Of a stretch of 50,055 bases of DNA, positions 9,767 to 18,422 are shown one piece after another. The notes under the pieces were generated by a model. It ran no database searches. It was not told the origin of the DNA and worked only from the letters and a program-made list of their open reading frames with translations. The DNA lies in contig JBEKYR010000041.1 of assembly GCA_049510745.1 (NCBI GenBank), positions 1 through 50,055 on the forward strand. Direction: 5' to 3'. The position numbers and the translations under genes are program-made. Within the stretch, counting starts at the first letter, position 1. The number at the start of each line of letters is the position of its first letter. The stretch is from Verrucomicrobiota bacterium. Its GTDB lineage: Bacteria; Verrucomicrobiota; Verrucomicrobiia; Limisphaerales; Palsa-1400.

Positions 9767-10555
9767 ATGACTGAACCCACAACTTTATTGTCGGCCAGAC
9801 CGGATGGACGGCGGCCGGATGAGCTTCGCCCGATTCGCTTCCAGAACGGCATCGCTCCCTACGCGGCCGGCTCGACCTTGATCGAGTGGGGCAATACGCG
9901 CGTGCTCTGCGGCGTGACTATCGAGGAGGGCGTCCCGCGCTGGATGAAGGAGCAGGGCGTCACCGGCGGCTGGATCACGGCGGAGTATTCCATGCTCCCG
10001 TATTCCACCCTGACGCGGAAGGCGCGCGATATTTCGAAGGGCAGAATCGACGGGCGCTCGCAGGAAATCCAGCGCCTGATCGGCCGCGCGATGCGGGCGG
10101 CGGTGGACCTGGAAAAGATCGGCCCGCGCACGATCTGGCTCGATTGCGATGTGTTGCAGGCCGACGGCGGCACGCGCACGGCGGCCATCACGGGAACGTT
10201 TGTCGCGCTGGCGCTGGCGGTCAACTCGCTGCGGGCCGCCGGCAAAGTGGCGGCGGAATTCGTCCTCAAACCGGTCGCGGCGGTCAGCGCGGGCATCGTG
10301 CGGTCGCAACCGTTGCTGGACCTGTCGTACGTCGAGGACGTGGCGGCGTCGGTGGATATGAATCTGGTGATGGACGCGGAGGGTCAGTTCATTGAGTTGC
10401 AGGGGACGGGGGAGGAGGCCGCTTTCAGCGAGCAGGAGTTGGCGGCCATGCTGGCGCTGGGCAAGGCGGGCATCGGGCAGTTGCTCGGGTTGCAGCAGGC
10501 GGCGATCAATTCCACGACAGATCGTCCGGCGAATCCGCCAGCAGGCGGCTCTTAA
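9767..10555 (+). CDS. rph: Ribonuclease PH
   Basis: 'GWITAEYSMLP', 'GRSQEIQRLIGR', 'DCDVLQADGGTRTAAITG'. Confidence 0.96.
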   Translation: MTEPTTLLSARPDGRRPDELRPIRFQNGIAPYAAGSTLIEWGNTRVLCGVTIEEGVPRWMKEQGVTGGWITAEYSMLPYSTLTRKARDISKGRIDGRSQEIQRLIGRAMRAAVDLEKIGPRTIWLDCDVLQADGGTRTAAITGTFVALALAVNSLRAAGKVAAEFVLKPVAAVSAGIVRSQPLLDLSYVEDVAASVDMNLVMDAEGQFIELQGTGEEAAFSEQELAAMLALGKAGIGQLLGLQQAAINSTTDRPANPPAGGS

Positions 10556-11066
10556 TCCCCTTTTGGCGCAGGATGCCGCGCCAGAGTTGGTCCGGTTGGG
10601 CGGAAAAAATCAAGTCCAGCGAAGCGGGGTGGATCAGCCAGTCTTTGCGGGCGATTTCGTTGTCCAATTGGCCGGCGGTCCAGCCGGCGTAACCGGCGAA
10701 TAATTTGAGTTTTTGGGTGGCGGAGAAGGATTCGCTCAAATCCATCAACACATCCAGCGAATGGCCGACGTTTAAATTGAGCATGACGTTGGCGTCGGCC
10801 AGGAACAGATCGCTGTGGAGAAAGCTCAAGGTCTGCGGCTGCACCGGGCCGCCGATAAACAACGGCTGTTCCTTGACCACGGCGGGCAAATTGGCCACCA
10901 GGGCCTGGCCGACCGTGCTGGAGGTGGCGCGGTTGAGGATCAGGCCGAAGGCGCCCTCGGTGTCATGGTGGCAGATCAAGACCACGGACCTGTGAAAAAA
11001 GGACCGGTGCAACTTGCCGCCGTCCAATAAAAGTTTTCCTTGCAACGATATATGCGTTTGCGACAT
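10506..11066 (-). CDS. YqgE/AlgH family protein
   Basis: 'FHRSVVLIC.H...GAFGLILNR', 'GGPV', 'GYAGW..GQLD.EI'. Confidence 0.92.
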   Translation of the reverse strand: MSQTHISLQGKLLLDGGKLHRSFFHRSVVLICHHDTEGAFGLILNRATSSTVGQALVANLPAVVKEQPLFIGGPVQPQTLSFLHSDLFLADANVMLNLNVGHSLDVLMDLSESFSATQKLKLFAGYAGWTAGQLDNEIARKDWLIHPASLDLIFSAQPDQLWRGILRQKGIKSRLLADSPDDLSWN

Positions 11067-11134
11067 AGCCGCCTCCAGCCTGCCCGGCCTGGTCTGGCAG
11101 TTTCCGCCTTGCCGGACTGCCGTTCGCAGTCCTG

Positions 11135-13216
11135 CTATTTTCTATCTTGCAGCAAACCCCGCGCCGCCTCGATAAGTTTCGCCGCCGTCAGGCCGTGTTT
11201 TTCGTAAAGCTGCTCGGCCACCCAGGCCGATTGCCCAAATTCTCCGCGAATCCCCAGGGAATGCATGCGATGGGGCACGCCCGCCTGCGCCAGGGCATGG
11301 GAAATCTGCGCGCCCATGCCGCAGGCGACCTGGTGGTCTTCGATGGTGACGATGCGTCCGGCGCTACGGCTGACGGCCGGGCCGAGGGTCTGGATGTCCA
11401 CCCGGTTGATGAAGGGATTGGCCAGCACGGTGGCGGCGATGTTTTGCTGGCGCAACTGGCGGCCCGCCTCGATGGCCCGCCCCACCAGCGGCCCGCAAGC
11501 GACGAGGACAACGTCGTTGCCCTCGGCCAAAAGCTGGGCCTTGCCCCATTCATATTTCGCATTTTCGACCCAGCGGACGGGGTAATTCTCGCGTCCAACA
11601 AAAAAGAGGACCGATTCGCCGTCGTGGCCGTGCTGGCGGGCGTGGGCCAGGCGTTTGATCGCCTCGTGCATCAGCGCGTCCGCCTCGTCCGCGCACGAGC
11701 AGGCGATGACGATGGTGTGCGGGATGGCCGAGGTGGCGGCGAAATAAGTCGTCGCCTGATGCGACGCGCCGTCGGCGGCGTCCTGGAAACCGACGTGGGA
11801 AAAGATGGCGATGACCGGCGCTTGGGAAAGGGCGGACATGGTCAGGGGCAGGTTCCCCTTGGTGACGCCGAACTGGCCAAAGGTATCGACAATGGGAATG
11901 AAGCCGGCTTTGGCGAAGCCCGCGCCGACGCTGATCATGTTCGCCTCCGCCACGCCGACTTCGACGAAGCGGTCCGGGAAACTTTTCTGGAAGAAACTCA
12001 TCCCCGTCGAGCCTTCGACATCGGCGGAAATGGAATAGACCGGCAGGCCGTCCTGGGCGGCGCGCACCGCGCCCTTGGCCAGGCCGCTTTGCACCTTGTC
12101 TTTCTTGACGGCTGGCGCGGCGGGGGCGGCCGCGGGCGCCGCCGCCTTTTTTGCCGCCTCCTTCTTTTCCCAATCGGCGCGCAAGGCCCGCGCCCAATCG
12201 GCCAGGAGGGCGGGGACCGGCCCGGCGCCCCAATAAATTTCGTTGACAAAGTCGATGATCTTTTCGCCGTTGCTCAGGGGAAACCCGTGGCCGCCCGAGG
12301 CGCTTTCCACGGTCGAGCGCACGCCGAAGCCCTTGACCGTCTTGACCCAGAGGCAGACCGGGACGCGCGGGTTGGCCCGGGCCTGGGCGATCCCGTCCTC
12401 GACCGCCAGATAAACGGCCTGGAGATCATTGCCCTTGGGCACCTCGATCACGTTCCAGCCCAGGGCGCTCATGGCGGAAAAGGTCGGCGCCATGCTGAAG
12501 GCGTCGATGGTGATGCGGCCGGAGAGCTTGGTGTCGTTGTCGGAGAGGACCATGACGAACGGGTTGAGCCGGTCCTTGGAAGCGAAGCCGGGAATGGCGG
12601 CGAAGGCTTCCTTGGCCTCGCCTTCCATCGAGGCGCCATCGGAAACGGTGCAGATGGTGACGCGGTCATTTTTGCGCAGCCGGTCGGCCATCGCCAGGCC
12701 CTGGGACTGGGGCAGGGCCGAGCCGAGCGGCCCGTTGCTCAAGAGCACGCCTTGCGGGTTGAGATGCGATTCGCCGTGCCCGGTCAGCTTGCTGCGAAGG
12801 CTCCGAAACCCCTTCAAATCCTCGAACGTCATCCCGTCGAAACCGTAATTGGAGCGCAACGCGTAAATGCCGTTCTCGGTGTGGCCGGCGTCGTTGACAA
12901 AATTGAACGCTTCATGCCAGGGGCGGCCCGGCGTGGCGAACATGAGGCCGTGAATGGCGGCCATGATTTCGGCGAAGGCGGACGGACCGCCCCAATGCGA
13001 GGCGGCGCCGCCGTTGACGGCTTCCAAATCCATCAAGGCCACCAGGGCGCGGGTCGCCCGCGGATCGCCCAAAACGACGGGCTGGCCGCGGGCGTTGTTG
13101 ACGGTGATGGAGAAGATGGGCGGCCCGGCGGGAGTCGGGGCCAGTTTGGATTTCAGAGGCAACGGCGCCAGCGGCGGGGCGGCGGCGGGTTTGACGGCGG
13201 ATTTATCCTCGGACAT
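11135..13216 (-). CDS. Transketolase-family TPP enzyme (single polypeptide)
   Basis: 'LTGHGE', 'GPLGSAL', TPP motif 'SDGASMEG...N', 'EVGVAEANM', 'DGASHQ', 'TIEDH'. Confidence 0.88.
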   Translation of the reverse strand: MSEDKSAVKPAAAPPLAPLPLKSKLAPTPAGPPIFSITVNNARGQPVVLGDPRATRALVALMDLEAVNGGAASHWGGPSAFAEIMAAIHGLMFATPGRPWHEAFNFVNDAGHTENGIYALRSNYGFDGMTFEDLKGFRSLRSKLTGHGESHLNPQGVLLSNGPLGSALPQSQGLAMADRLRKNDRVTICTVSDGASMEGEAKEAFAAIPGFASKDRLNPFVMVLSDNDTKLSGRITIDAFSMAPTFSAMSALGWNVIEVPKGNDLQAVYLAVEDGIAQARANPRVPVCLWVKTVKGFGVRSTVESASGGHGFPLSNGEKIIDFVNEIYWGAGPVPALLADWARALRADWEKKEAAKKAAAPAAAPAAPAVKKDKVQSGLAKGAVRAAQDGLPVYSISADVEGSTGMSFFQKSFPDRFVEVGVAEANMISVGAGFAKAGFIPIVDTFGQFGVTKGNLPLTMSALSQAPVIAIFSHVGFQDAADGASHQATTYFAATSAIPHTIVIACSCADEADALMHEAIKRLAHARQHGHDGESVLFFVGRENYPVRWVENAKYEWGKAQLLAEGNDVVLVACGPLVGRAIEAGRQLRQQNIAATVLANPFINRVDIQTLGPAVSRSAGRIVTIEDHQVACGMGAQISHALAQAGVPHRMHSLGIRGEFGQSAWVAEQLYEKHGLTAAKLIEAARGLLQDRK

Positions 13217-13251
13217 AGGAATGTATTCTGGCGTGCTGGTGAGAAGAAAAA

Positions 13252-13328
13252 TGGTGCGCGCGGCGGGAGTTGAACCCACAACCTTCGGCTCCGGAGGCCG
13301 TCACTCTATCCAGTTGAGCTACGCGCGC
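13252..13328 (-). tRNA. tRNA-Arg (anticodon CCG)
   Basis: GCGCGCGTAGCTCAACTGGATAGAG...CT-CCG-GA...GGTTCAACTCC...GCGCGCACCA; 77 nt, encoded CCA. Confidence 0.96.
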
Positions 13329-13440
13329 AAGTTTAGTGAACATATCGCGAATCACAAGCCGCTGCAAGGCAGGCGGCAGGGGGATTATGGCCTTTCCGCC
13401 CGTCTCCGCAAGAAAATCCAGCAAAAGCAAAGGCTGTTCC

Positions 13441-14136
13441 TCAGGCGCCGGGCGCTTTGAGGGCGATGAGGCGCACTTCGTAGGCGGGTCTGATGACATG
13501 CAAAAGCCGGCGCAGGCAACGGAAACCGCGTTCGCCGAGGCGAAGTTTCACCGCCCACACGGCCGCGAAACGCGAATAGCCAAATTCCCCCAGGCCGGCG
13601 TCGGTCGTTTTGAAGCCGCTTTCCTCGACGAGGTTGCCGAGGGTCTGGACGTTCCACGAGTAGAGATGGTGGTTCGGTTCGTCGCGGCGGAAATCTGCGC
13701 AGCCACGCCCGCGCTCAAAGGGAACGTAGAGCAATAGCCGGCCCTCCGGCTTGAGGAGCCGCCGCATTTCCTTGAGGGAGTCGGCTGGCTGCAGGAGGTG
13801 CTCGAGCGTGTGATGGCAGAGCATGACATCGGCCAGGGCGTCCGGGAGCGGATGGGTGTCGGCGACAAATTCGATGCCGAGCGCGCGCAGGGAGGGTTCG
13901 AGAAAATCCGCCACGTCAAAGCCGATCTTCCGCTGGCAGGCCAAGCCCGCCAGGTTCCAGCCGGCGCCGACGCCGTATTCGAGGACGACGTCGCCGGCGC
14001 GGACCAAGGGCGCGAACTTTCGCGACCGGAGCCGGGCGACCCACGGCAGCGCCTCTTGCGGGAGGCCGCGTTTGGCCAGGTGATAATGACGCCCGGCGTC
14101 GCCGCGATAATGGCGTTGGGCCTGGTCGGATGCCAT
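13441..14136 (-). CDS. Class I SAM-dependent methyltransferase
   Basis: 'VLEYGVGAG', 'HHTLEHL', 'RLLKPEGRLLL'. Confidence 0.88.
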   Translation of the reverse strand: MASDQAQRHYRGDAGRHYHLAKRGLPQEALPWVARLRSRKFAPLVRAGDVVLEYGVGAGWNLAGLACQRKIGFDVADFLEPSLRALGIEFVADTHPLPDALADVMLCHHTLEHLLQPADSLKEMRRLLKPEGRLLLYVPFERGRGCADFRRDEPNHHLYSWNVQTLGNLVEESGFKTTDAGLGEFGYSRFAAVWAVKLRLGERGFRCLRRLLHVIRPAYEVRLIALKAPGA

Positions 14137-14235
14137 GCCGCGCAGTGTAGGGCCGGGCGGCTTGCGACTCACGCAAAAAAACTCCAGCAAAAAAACCTCC
14201 CCTTTTTTCGGGAACCGCCGCCGAGGCGATTACCG

Positions 14236-14261
14236 AACTTTGTCCCACGTGGGACAAAGTT
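14236..14261. promoter_or_regulatory. 26-bp perfect palindrome (candidate operator)
   Basis: AACTTTGTCCCACGTGGGACAAAGTT, about 100 bp upstream of the methyltransferase start; function inferred. Confidence 0.45.
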
Positions 14262-14342
14262 TCGTAGGACTATTTATTTGACAATAAGGCTCCGCAACGC
14301 GGTGGTTGTTTTGGCGCGAGCCTCATTGCACAATGACTGTTC

Positions 14343-14945
14343 CTACATCCTGTCCTGGCCGGGGGTGCGGGCGGTGCTCTGGGCCGGCCGTTTGAATTCG
14401 GAGAAAATGAGCCGTGTCTGAAAAACGTCATCCTGCAAATCGGGCAGGACCGCCGAGGCCACCTGCCGCAGGTCCGGGTTTTTGCCGCCTTGCGAAGCGT
14501 CCTCCAGCAGGCGCACGGTGGCTTCCTGGTTCTTGATCATCTCGCCCAAAGCCGCCCGGTCGAACTCCGGGCCGGACAGGGCCGCGATTTTGTCGAGCGT
14601 GCGCGAAGCCTGGTCGCCAGACTTCGGCTCCAAGGTGACACCCAAAGATCGCGCCAGAGTGTCCAATTGCTGGACAGCCTGGGTGTAGTCCTGAACAATT
14701 TTTTGGCCCAACTGCTTGACTTCGTCGTTTTGGCTCTGTCGCTGGATCAACTGGCCGAAGTGCTGTTCGCGGAGGCTGTTCTCGGAAGCTTGCTGGATGA
14801 AATGCTGGTCGTGGGACGAGACCTTGGCCGCGCCCCCCGCGCAAACCAACCACGATGACAAGAGGAACCATGCCGCAGTGAGCGCGCAAACCCGAATCTT
14901 TTTCAACGTCTCCGCCGTCGAAAAACTTCTGGATATGATGTTCAT
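14343..14945 (-). CDS. DUF4142 family secreted protein
   Basis: 'DQHFIQQA', 'VKQLGQKIVQD', 'LSGPEFDRA', 'NPDLRQVA'. Confidence 0.85.
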   Translation of the reverse strand: MNIISRSFSTAETLKKIRVCALTAAWFLLSSWLVCAGGAAKVSSHDQHFIQQASENSLREQHFGQLIQRQSQNDEVKQLGQKIVQDYTQAVQQLDTLARSLGVTLEPKSGDQASRTLDKIAALSGPEFDRAALGEMIKNQEATVRLLEDASQGGKNPDLRQVASAVLPDLQDDVFQTRLIFSEFKRPAQSTARTPGQDRM

Positions 14946-15072
14946 ACCGCTCTCTCTTTCTTATTCACTCTGCTCTTACCGAGCCGATTCTCTCATTCAT
15001 CCTTTGTGTCGGATGGATCTAACCGGACTATTGCATAAAGCGTGCCGGTCCCCGACCATTAGCGACTTTTCC

Positions 15073-15298
15073 GGGAGCGCGGTCGTCGCGACCGCATCCG
15101 TCGGTGTCCCGCCGACGGAATCCTAAGCCGTATCCATGTAGTTGAAAAACGGTAGCGCGACCGTCTCGGTCGCTTCCAGTCGGCGTCCCGCCGACTGGCG
15201 GTGAGATAAAAAGACTCACTTTTCAGTGATTCATCGCAAAATGGTTAAATGCCTTCGGCGAGACGCCGAAGGCAGCGGACGAGGACGTCCGCGCTCCC
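15073..15298. repeat. Cluster of three REP-like double-hairpin repeats
   Basis: 15073-15121 and 15151-15198 in direct orientation, 15254-15298 inverted; GG(G/T)AGCGCG head plus CGGYGTCCCGCCG hairpin; adjacent to a Y1 transposase remnant. Confidence 0.8.
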
Positions 15299-15350
15299 AA
15301 TCCTTCTGCATGGCTACGGCTAAGGGATGGGTCGCGAAGGGGTCGGGGAA

Positions 15351-15644
15351 GGGGTTAGTTCCTGGCAATGCCACATTATTGGTTGACAGGGCAGGCGAGA
15401 CGGGCCATTCTGGCGGTATGGCGCGAACGCTTTGCCTGCAATATCCGGGCGCGCTTTATCATTTGATGAGCCGCGGCGACCGCCGGGAAGCGGTCTTTTC
15501 TGGCGTTGTGGCGGGAAACAACGATGCCGCGCAAATGGATCTGCGCCCCTCTCGAGATGGGATCCTGGAAATCCGTCAATCGCAGACCCTATGAACACAG
15601 ACCAATAAAATGTTGACACGCTAGGTGACCCCTGCTATGACCCC
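15351..15644 (+). mobile_element. Internally deleted HUH/Y1 (REP-associated type) transposase element
   Basis: N-terminus 'MARTLCLQYPGALYHLMSRGDRREAVF' (from 15418) joined out of frame to C-terminus 'LWRETTMPRKWICAPLEMGSWKSV'; bounded by GGGGTTAG (15351) and TGACCCC twice (15626, 15638). Confidence 0.8.
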
Positions 15645-15790
15645 TTTACGCACGCCCGCCGCCAGCCCGTGGCTGCCACCCAAGCCTAAGCATTAGCAAC
15701 CCAAAAAAGTGAATGCACCCCCCGCAACACGAAAGGCAATTGATCTGTTGTTGCGCATGACGGCGATGAGGTGTAAGATTTAAAACATCT

Positions 15791-16201
15791 ATGGACTGGC
15801 TACGAGACTTTGTTACTAAGAGAGACATTGAACAGCGTAATGCGGAAGAGAGAGGAAAGTTGTATGCCAAGCAACTTCATGACGAGTTGTCAAAGGTGAC
15901 TCCAATGGTCCACCGATTACTGTATGATTTGGGGAGAGCGTATTTCGGCACCGATTGGCTCAGCCCTTTACGTGAGAAGTTTCAGATAGTGAAGGATGAC
16001 TACTACCATACGTGGCGCCTCCAACGCCCATATCTGTCGGGGTATTTCGAAGTCTCCTTGAAAATGGAAATGGGCACACCACCTTGTTTCAAAGTCGTTT
16101 CAGGCGCGGGTGATATTTTCACTAAAGACACTTCGGAAGCTGAGTTGAAGCGGGTGCTTCACATTGCAGCAGAGCAAGGCACATACTCAGATCCAAGGTA
16201 A
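15791..16201 (+). CDS. Hypothetical protein (lower-GC cargo)
   Basis: 136-aa ORF with protein-like composition; no family recognised. Confidence 0.65.
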   Translation: MDWLRDFVTKRDIEQRNAEERGKLYAKQLHDELSKVTPMVHRLLYDLGRAYFGTDWLSPLREKFQIVKDDYYHTWRLQRPYLSGYFEVSLKMEMGTPPCFKVVSGAGDIFTKDTSEAELKRVLHIAAEQGTYSDPR

Positions 16202-16323
16202 TCCTGTGGTGTTGTATCCTAACCGCATGGAAATGTGTGTCGCCACATTCACGGGGGGATTGAAGTTGCCCGCTGCTCGTGAGAATGTGACTCACCCTTC
16301 TTCCAACGTCTGGCGGGTGAATC

Positions 16324-16342
16324 GGGGTTGCATCTAAACATT
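16324..16342 (+). repeat. End motif GGGGTTGCATCTAAACATT
   Basis: 17/19 identical to 29224-29242; related to 24352-24370 on the minus strand. Confidence 0.7.
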
Positions 16343-16611
16343 GAGGTTACCGGGTTGATTCGGACAGGGTAAAAACAAAACGGAGCCCAGATGGTGAGAC
16401 CATCCGGACTCCGCCCAAACCGCACCCGCGGTTTGGTGACTACTGCAATTACCTTTATAACTTCCGCGAGATCTGGCTGCCACTAGGGGGTTCCTTGCCG
16501 CCACTGGGAGAACCCTTGGTTTTTCGGGCCTCTGAAGTGGAGTTTGTGTGCATCTCACTAATTGGACGCTCGTCAACGCCGCGGGAGCGCCAGCCTCAAT
16601 CGACCGGGGAA

Positions 16612-16783
16612 AATGACGAATGACGAAATTCTAATGTCTAATGAATGCTCAAATGACTCAATGACTAATATGGACCAACGGCGTCGGTTTGGCTTCGTCA
16701 TTAGAAATTCGTCATTCTTTCGTCATCCCACGCGCCAGCGTCAGCCCAATAATTTGTTCACTTGTGCTTCGTCATTCGTCATT
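16612..16783. repeat. AATGACG heptamer hairpin element, copy 1
   Basis: Perfect 16-bp terminal inverted repeat, 16612-16627 / 16768-16783. Confidence 0.85.
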
Positions 16784-16915
16784 CTTTTGCGCCTGAGTGC
16801 GGCCAGCCATTATCCCTCATTAACCAGCGGGTTTCCAAAAACCGGGATGCGTCCGTGGAGTCTTGCGTCCTCGTCCGAGTTGCCAAAGGCAGGGGGTTTG
16901 GGGTTCAATTGGCGG

Positions 16916-17533
16916 GTGGATGTCAAAGTCAAAATTTGCGGCGTGACCAGCGCCGGGGACGCCGAGGCGGCGGTGCAGGCCGGCGCCGACGCGCTGGGGT
17001 TGATGTTTTACGCCGGCAGTCCGCGCCATCTTTCGCTGGAGGCGGCGCAACGCATCGCCGCGGGCCTGCCGCCGTTCATCATCCGGGTGGGGGTTTTCGT
17101 GGACCCGGATCCGTCCGAGGTTTTCGCCGCCATCCAGGCGTGCGGATTGAACGTGGCGCAATTTCACGGCGCGGAAACGCCGCAATTCTGCGCGCAGTTT
17201 GGCGTGATGACCCTCAAGGCGTTCCGCGTGGAAAACGCCGCTTCCCTGCGTCCGATGGCCGGGTTCCAGGCCGACGCTTTTCTGCTTGACAGTTACGTGC
17301 CGGAAAAGGCGGGCGGGACGGGCGAAACCTTCAATTGGGACCTCGCGGTGGAAGCCAAACGATTCGGCAAGCCGATTTTCCTCGCCGGCGGATTGACGGC
17401 GCAAAACGCCGCCGAGGCGGTGCGCAAGGTGCAGCCGTTCGCCGTCGATGTTTCCAGCGGCGTCGAGCACTCGCCCGGAAAGAAGGACGCCGCAAAAATG
17501 CGGGATTTTATCGCCGCCGTGCGCGGCGCCTGA
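16916..17533 (+). CDS. trpF: Phosphoribosylanthranilate isomerase
   Basis: 'KVKICGVT', 'QFHG.E', 'GGTGETFNW', 'LAGGL', 'VDVSSGVE'; GTG start inferred. Confidence 0.95.
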   Translation: MDVKVKICGVTSAGDAEAAVQAGADALGLMFYAGSPRHLSLEAAQRIAAGLPPFIIRVGVFVDPDPSEVFAAIQACGLNVAQFHGAETPQFCAQFGVMTLKAFRVENAASLRPMAGFQADAFLLDSYVPEKAGGTGETFNWDLAVEAKRFGKPIFLAGGLTAQNAAEAVRKVQPFAVDVSSGVEHSPGKKDAAKMRDFIAAVRGA

Positions 17534-17538
17534 CGGCC

Positions 17539-18108
17539 ATGAACGAATCCGCCTCCCGCTGCCCCTGGCCCGTGGACGACCTTTACCGGGCCTACCACGA
17601 CACCGAATGGGGCGTGCCGCTGCACGAGGACCGCAAGCTCTTTGAATTCCTGGTGCTGGAGGGGGCGCAGGCGGGACTGAGCTGGCACATTGTTTTGAAA
17701 AAGCGCGAGAATTACCGCGCCGCCTTCGACCAGTTCGATCCGCAAAAAGTGGCGCGCTACACGCCGGCGAAGATCAACAAATTGCTGGCCAATCCGGGCA
17801 TCATCCGCAACCGCCTGAAGGTGGCCGCCGCAGTCAGGAACGCGCGGGCGTTTCTGGCCGTCCAGGAGCAATTCGGCAGTTTCGACCGTTACATATGGCG
17901 GTTTGTCGAGGGGCGTCCGATCGTCAACGCCTATCGTTCAATGAGGGAAGTCCCCGCCCGGACGAAGGAATCCGACGCCCTGAGCAAGGACTTGAAAGAG
18001 CACGGCTTCACGTTCGTCGGTTCGACGATTTGTTACGCGCACATGCAGGCGACGGGGATGGTCAACGATCATTTGGTGAGTTGTTTCCGGCATGGGGAAC
18101 TGAAATAG
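17539..18108 (+). CDS. tag: DNA-3-methyladenine glycosylase I
   Basis: 'YHDTEWG', 'LEGAQAGLSW', 'GIIRNRLK', 'MQATGMVNDH'. Confidence 0.95.
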   Translation: MNESASRCPWPVDDLYRAYHDTEWGVPLHEDRKLFEFLVLEGAQAGLSWHIVLKKRENYRAAFDQFDPQKVARYTPAKINKLLANPGIIRNRLKVAAAVRNARAFLAVQEQFGSFDRYIWRFVEGRPIVNAYRSMREVPARTKESDALSKDLKEHGFTFVGSTICYAHMQATGMVNDHLVSCFRHGELK

Positions 18109-18174
18109 CGAATAAAAGAATCAGTGAGTGAGTGAATCAGTGAATGGGCGGATAACTGCACCGAGGCCCAGGAG

Positions 18175-18298
18175 AATGACGAATGACTAAGCTCGAATGA
18201 CTAAAGAATGACGAAGCCCGAATGACGAAGTTTCGCCATTGAGTCATTTGCCCCGAAAGCATGCGGGGTTAGACATTAGGGTTTCGTCATTCGTCATT
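18175..18298. repeat. AATGACG heptamer hairpin element, copy 2 (inverted relative to copy 1)
   Basis: 15/16-bp terminal inverted repeat; its reverse complement shares 'ctaatgtctaa' and 'caaatgactcaatg' with copy 1. Confidence 0.85.
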
Positions 18299-18422
18299 TT
18301 CGACGGTCGATTTGGGCTTAGTCTTCAGCGGCGCTAACGAGTGCCCAAAAAGATCCGCCTTGGTCGTGCCAGGCCGGCGCAACGGCCTTGCCAGTGGCCC
18401 GGCTTTGCGCGAGAATGGCTTT

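Noticed and set aside
11147..13273. Long antisense or alternative-frame ORFs (also 4294-5841, 22157-23749, 44968-46725, 20348-21142)
   Set aside because: Shadow ORFs of high-GC genes, with no recognisable motifs.
13252..13328. tRNA-Arg as an island integration site
   Set aside because: No duplicated 3' end was seen in the window, and the flanking genes look core-like.
16202..16330. Integron attC after the orphan gene (CCTAAC near 16218)
   Set aside because: No matching GTTRRRY with paired L boxes, and no IntI in the window.
16562..16915. trp attenuator leader or N-terminal extension of TrpF
   Set aside because: No Trp-codon-rich leader peptide; the extension is read-through of the AATGACG repeat element.
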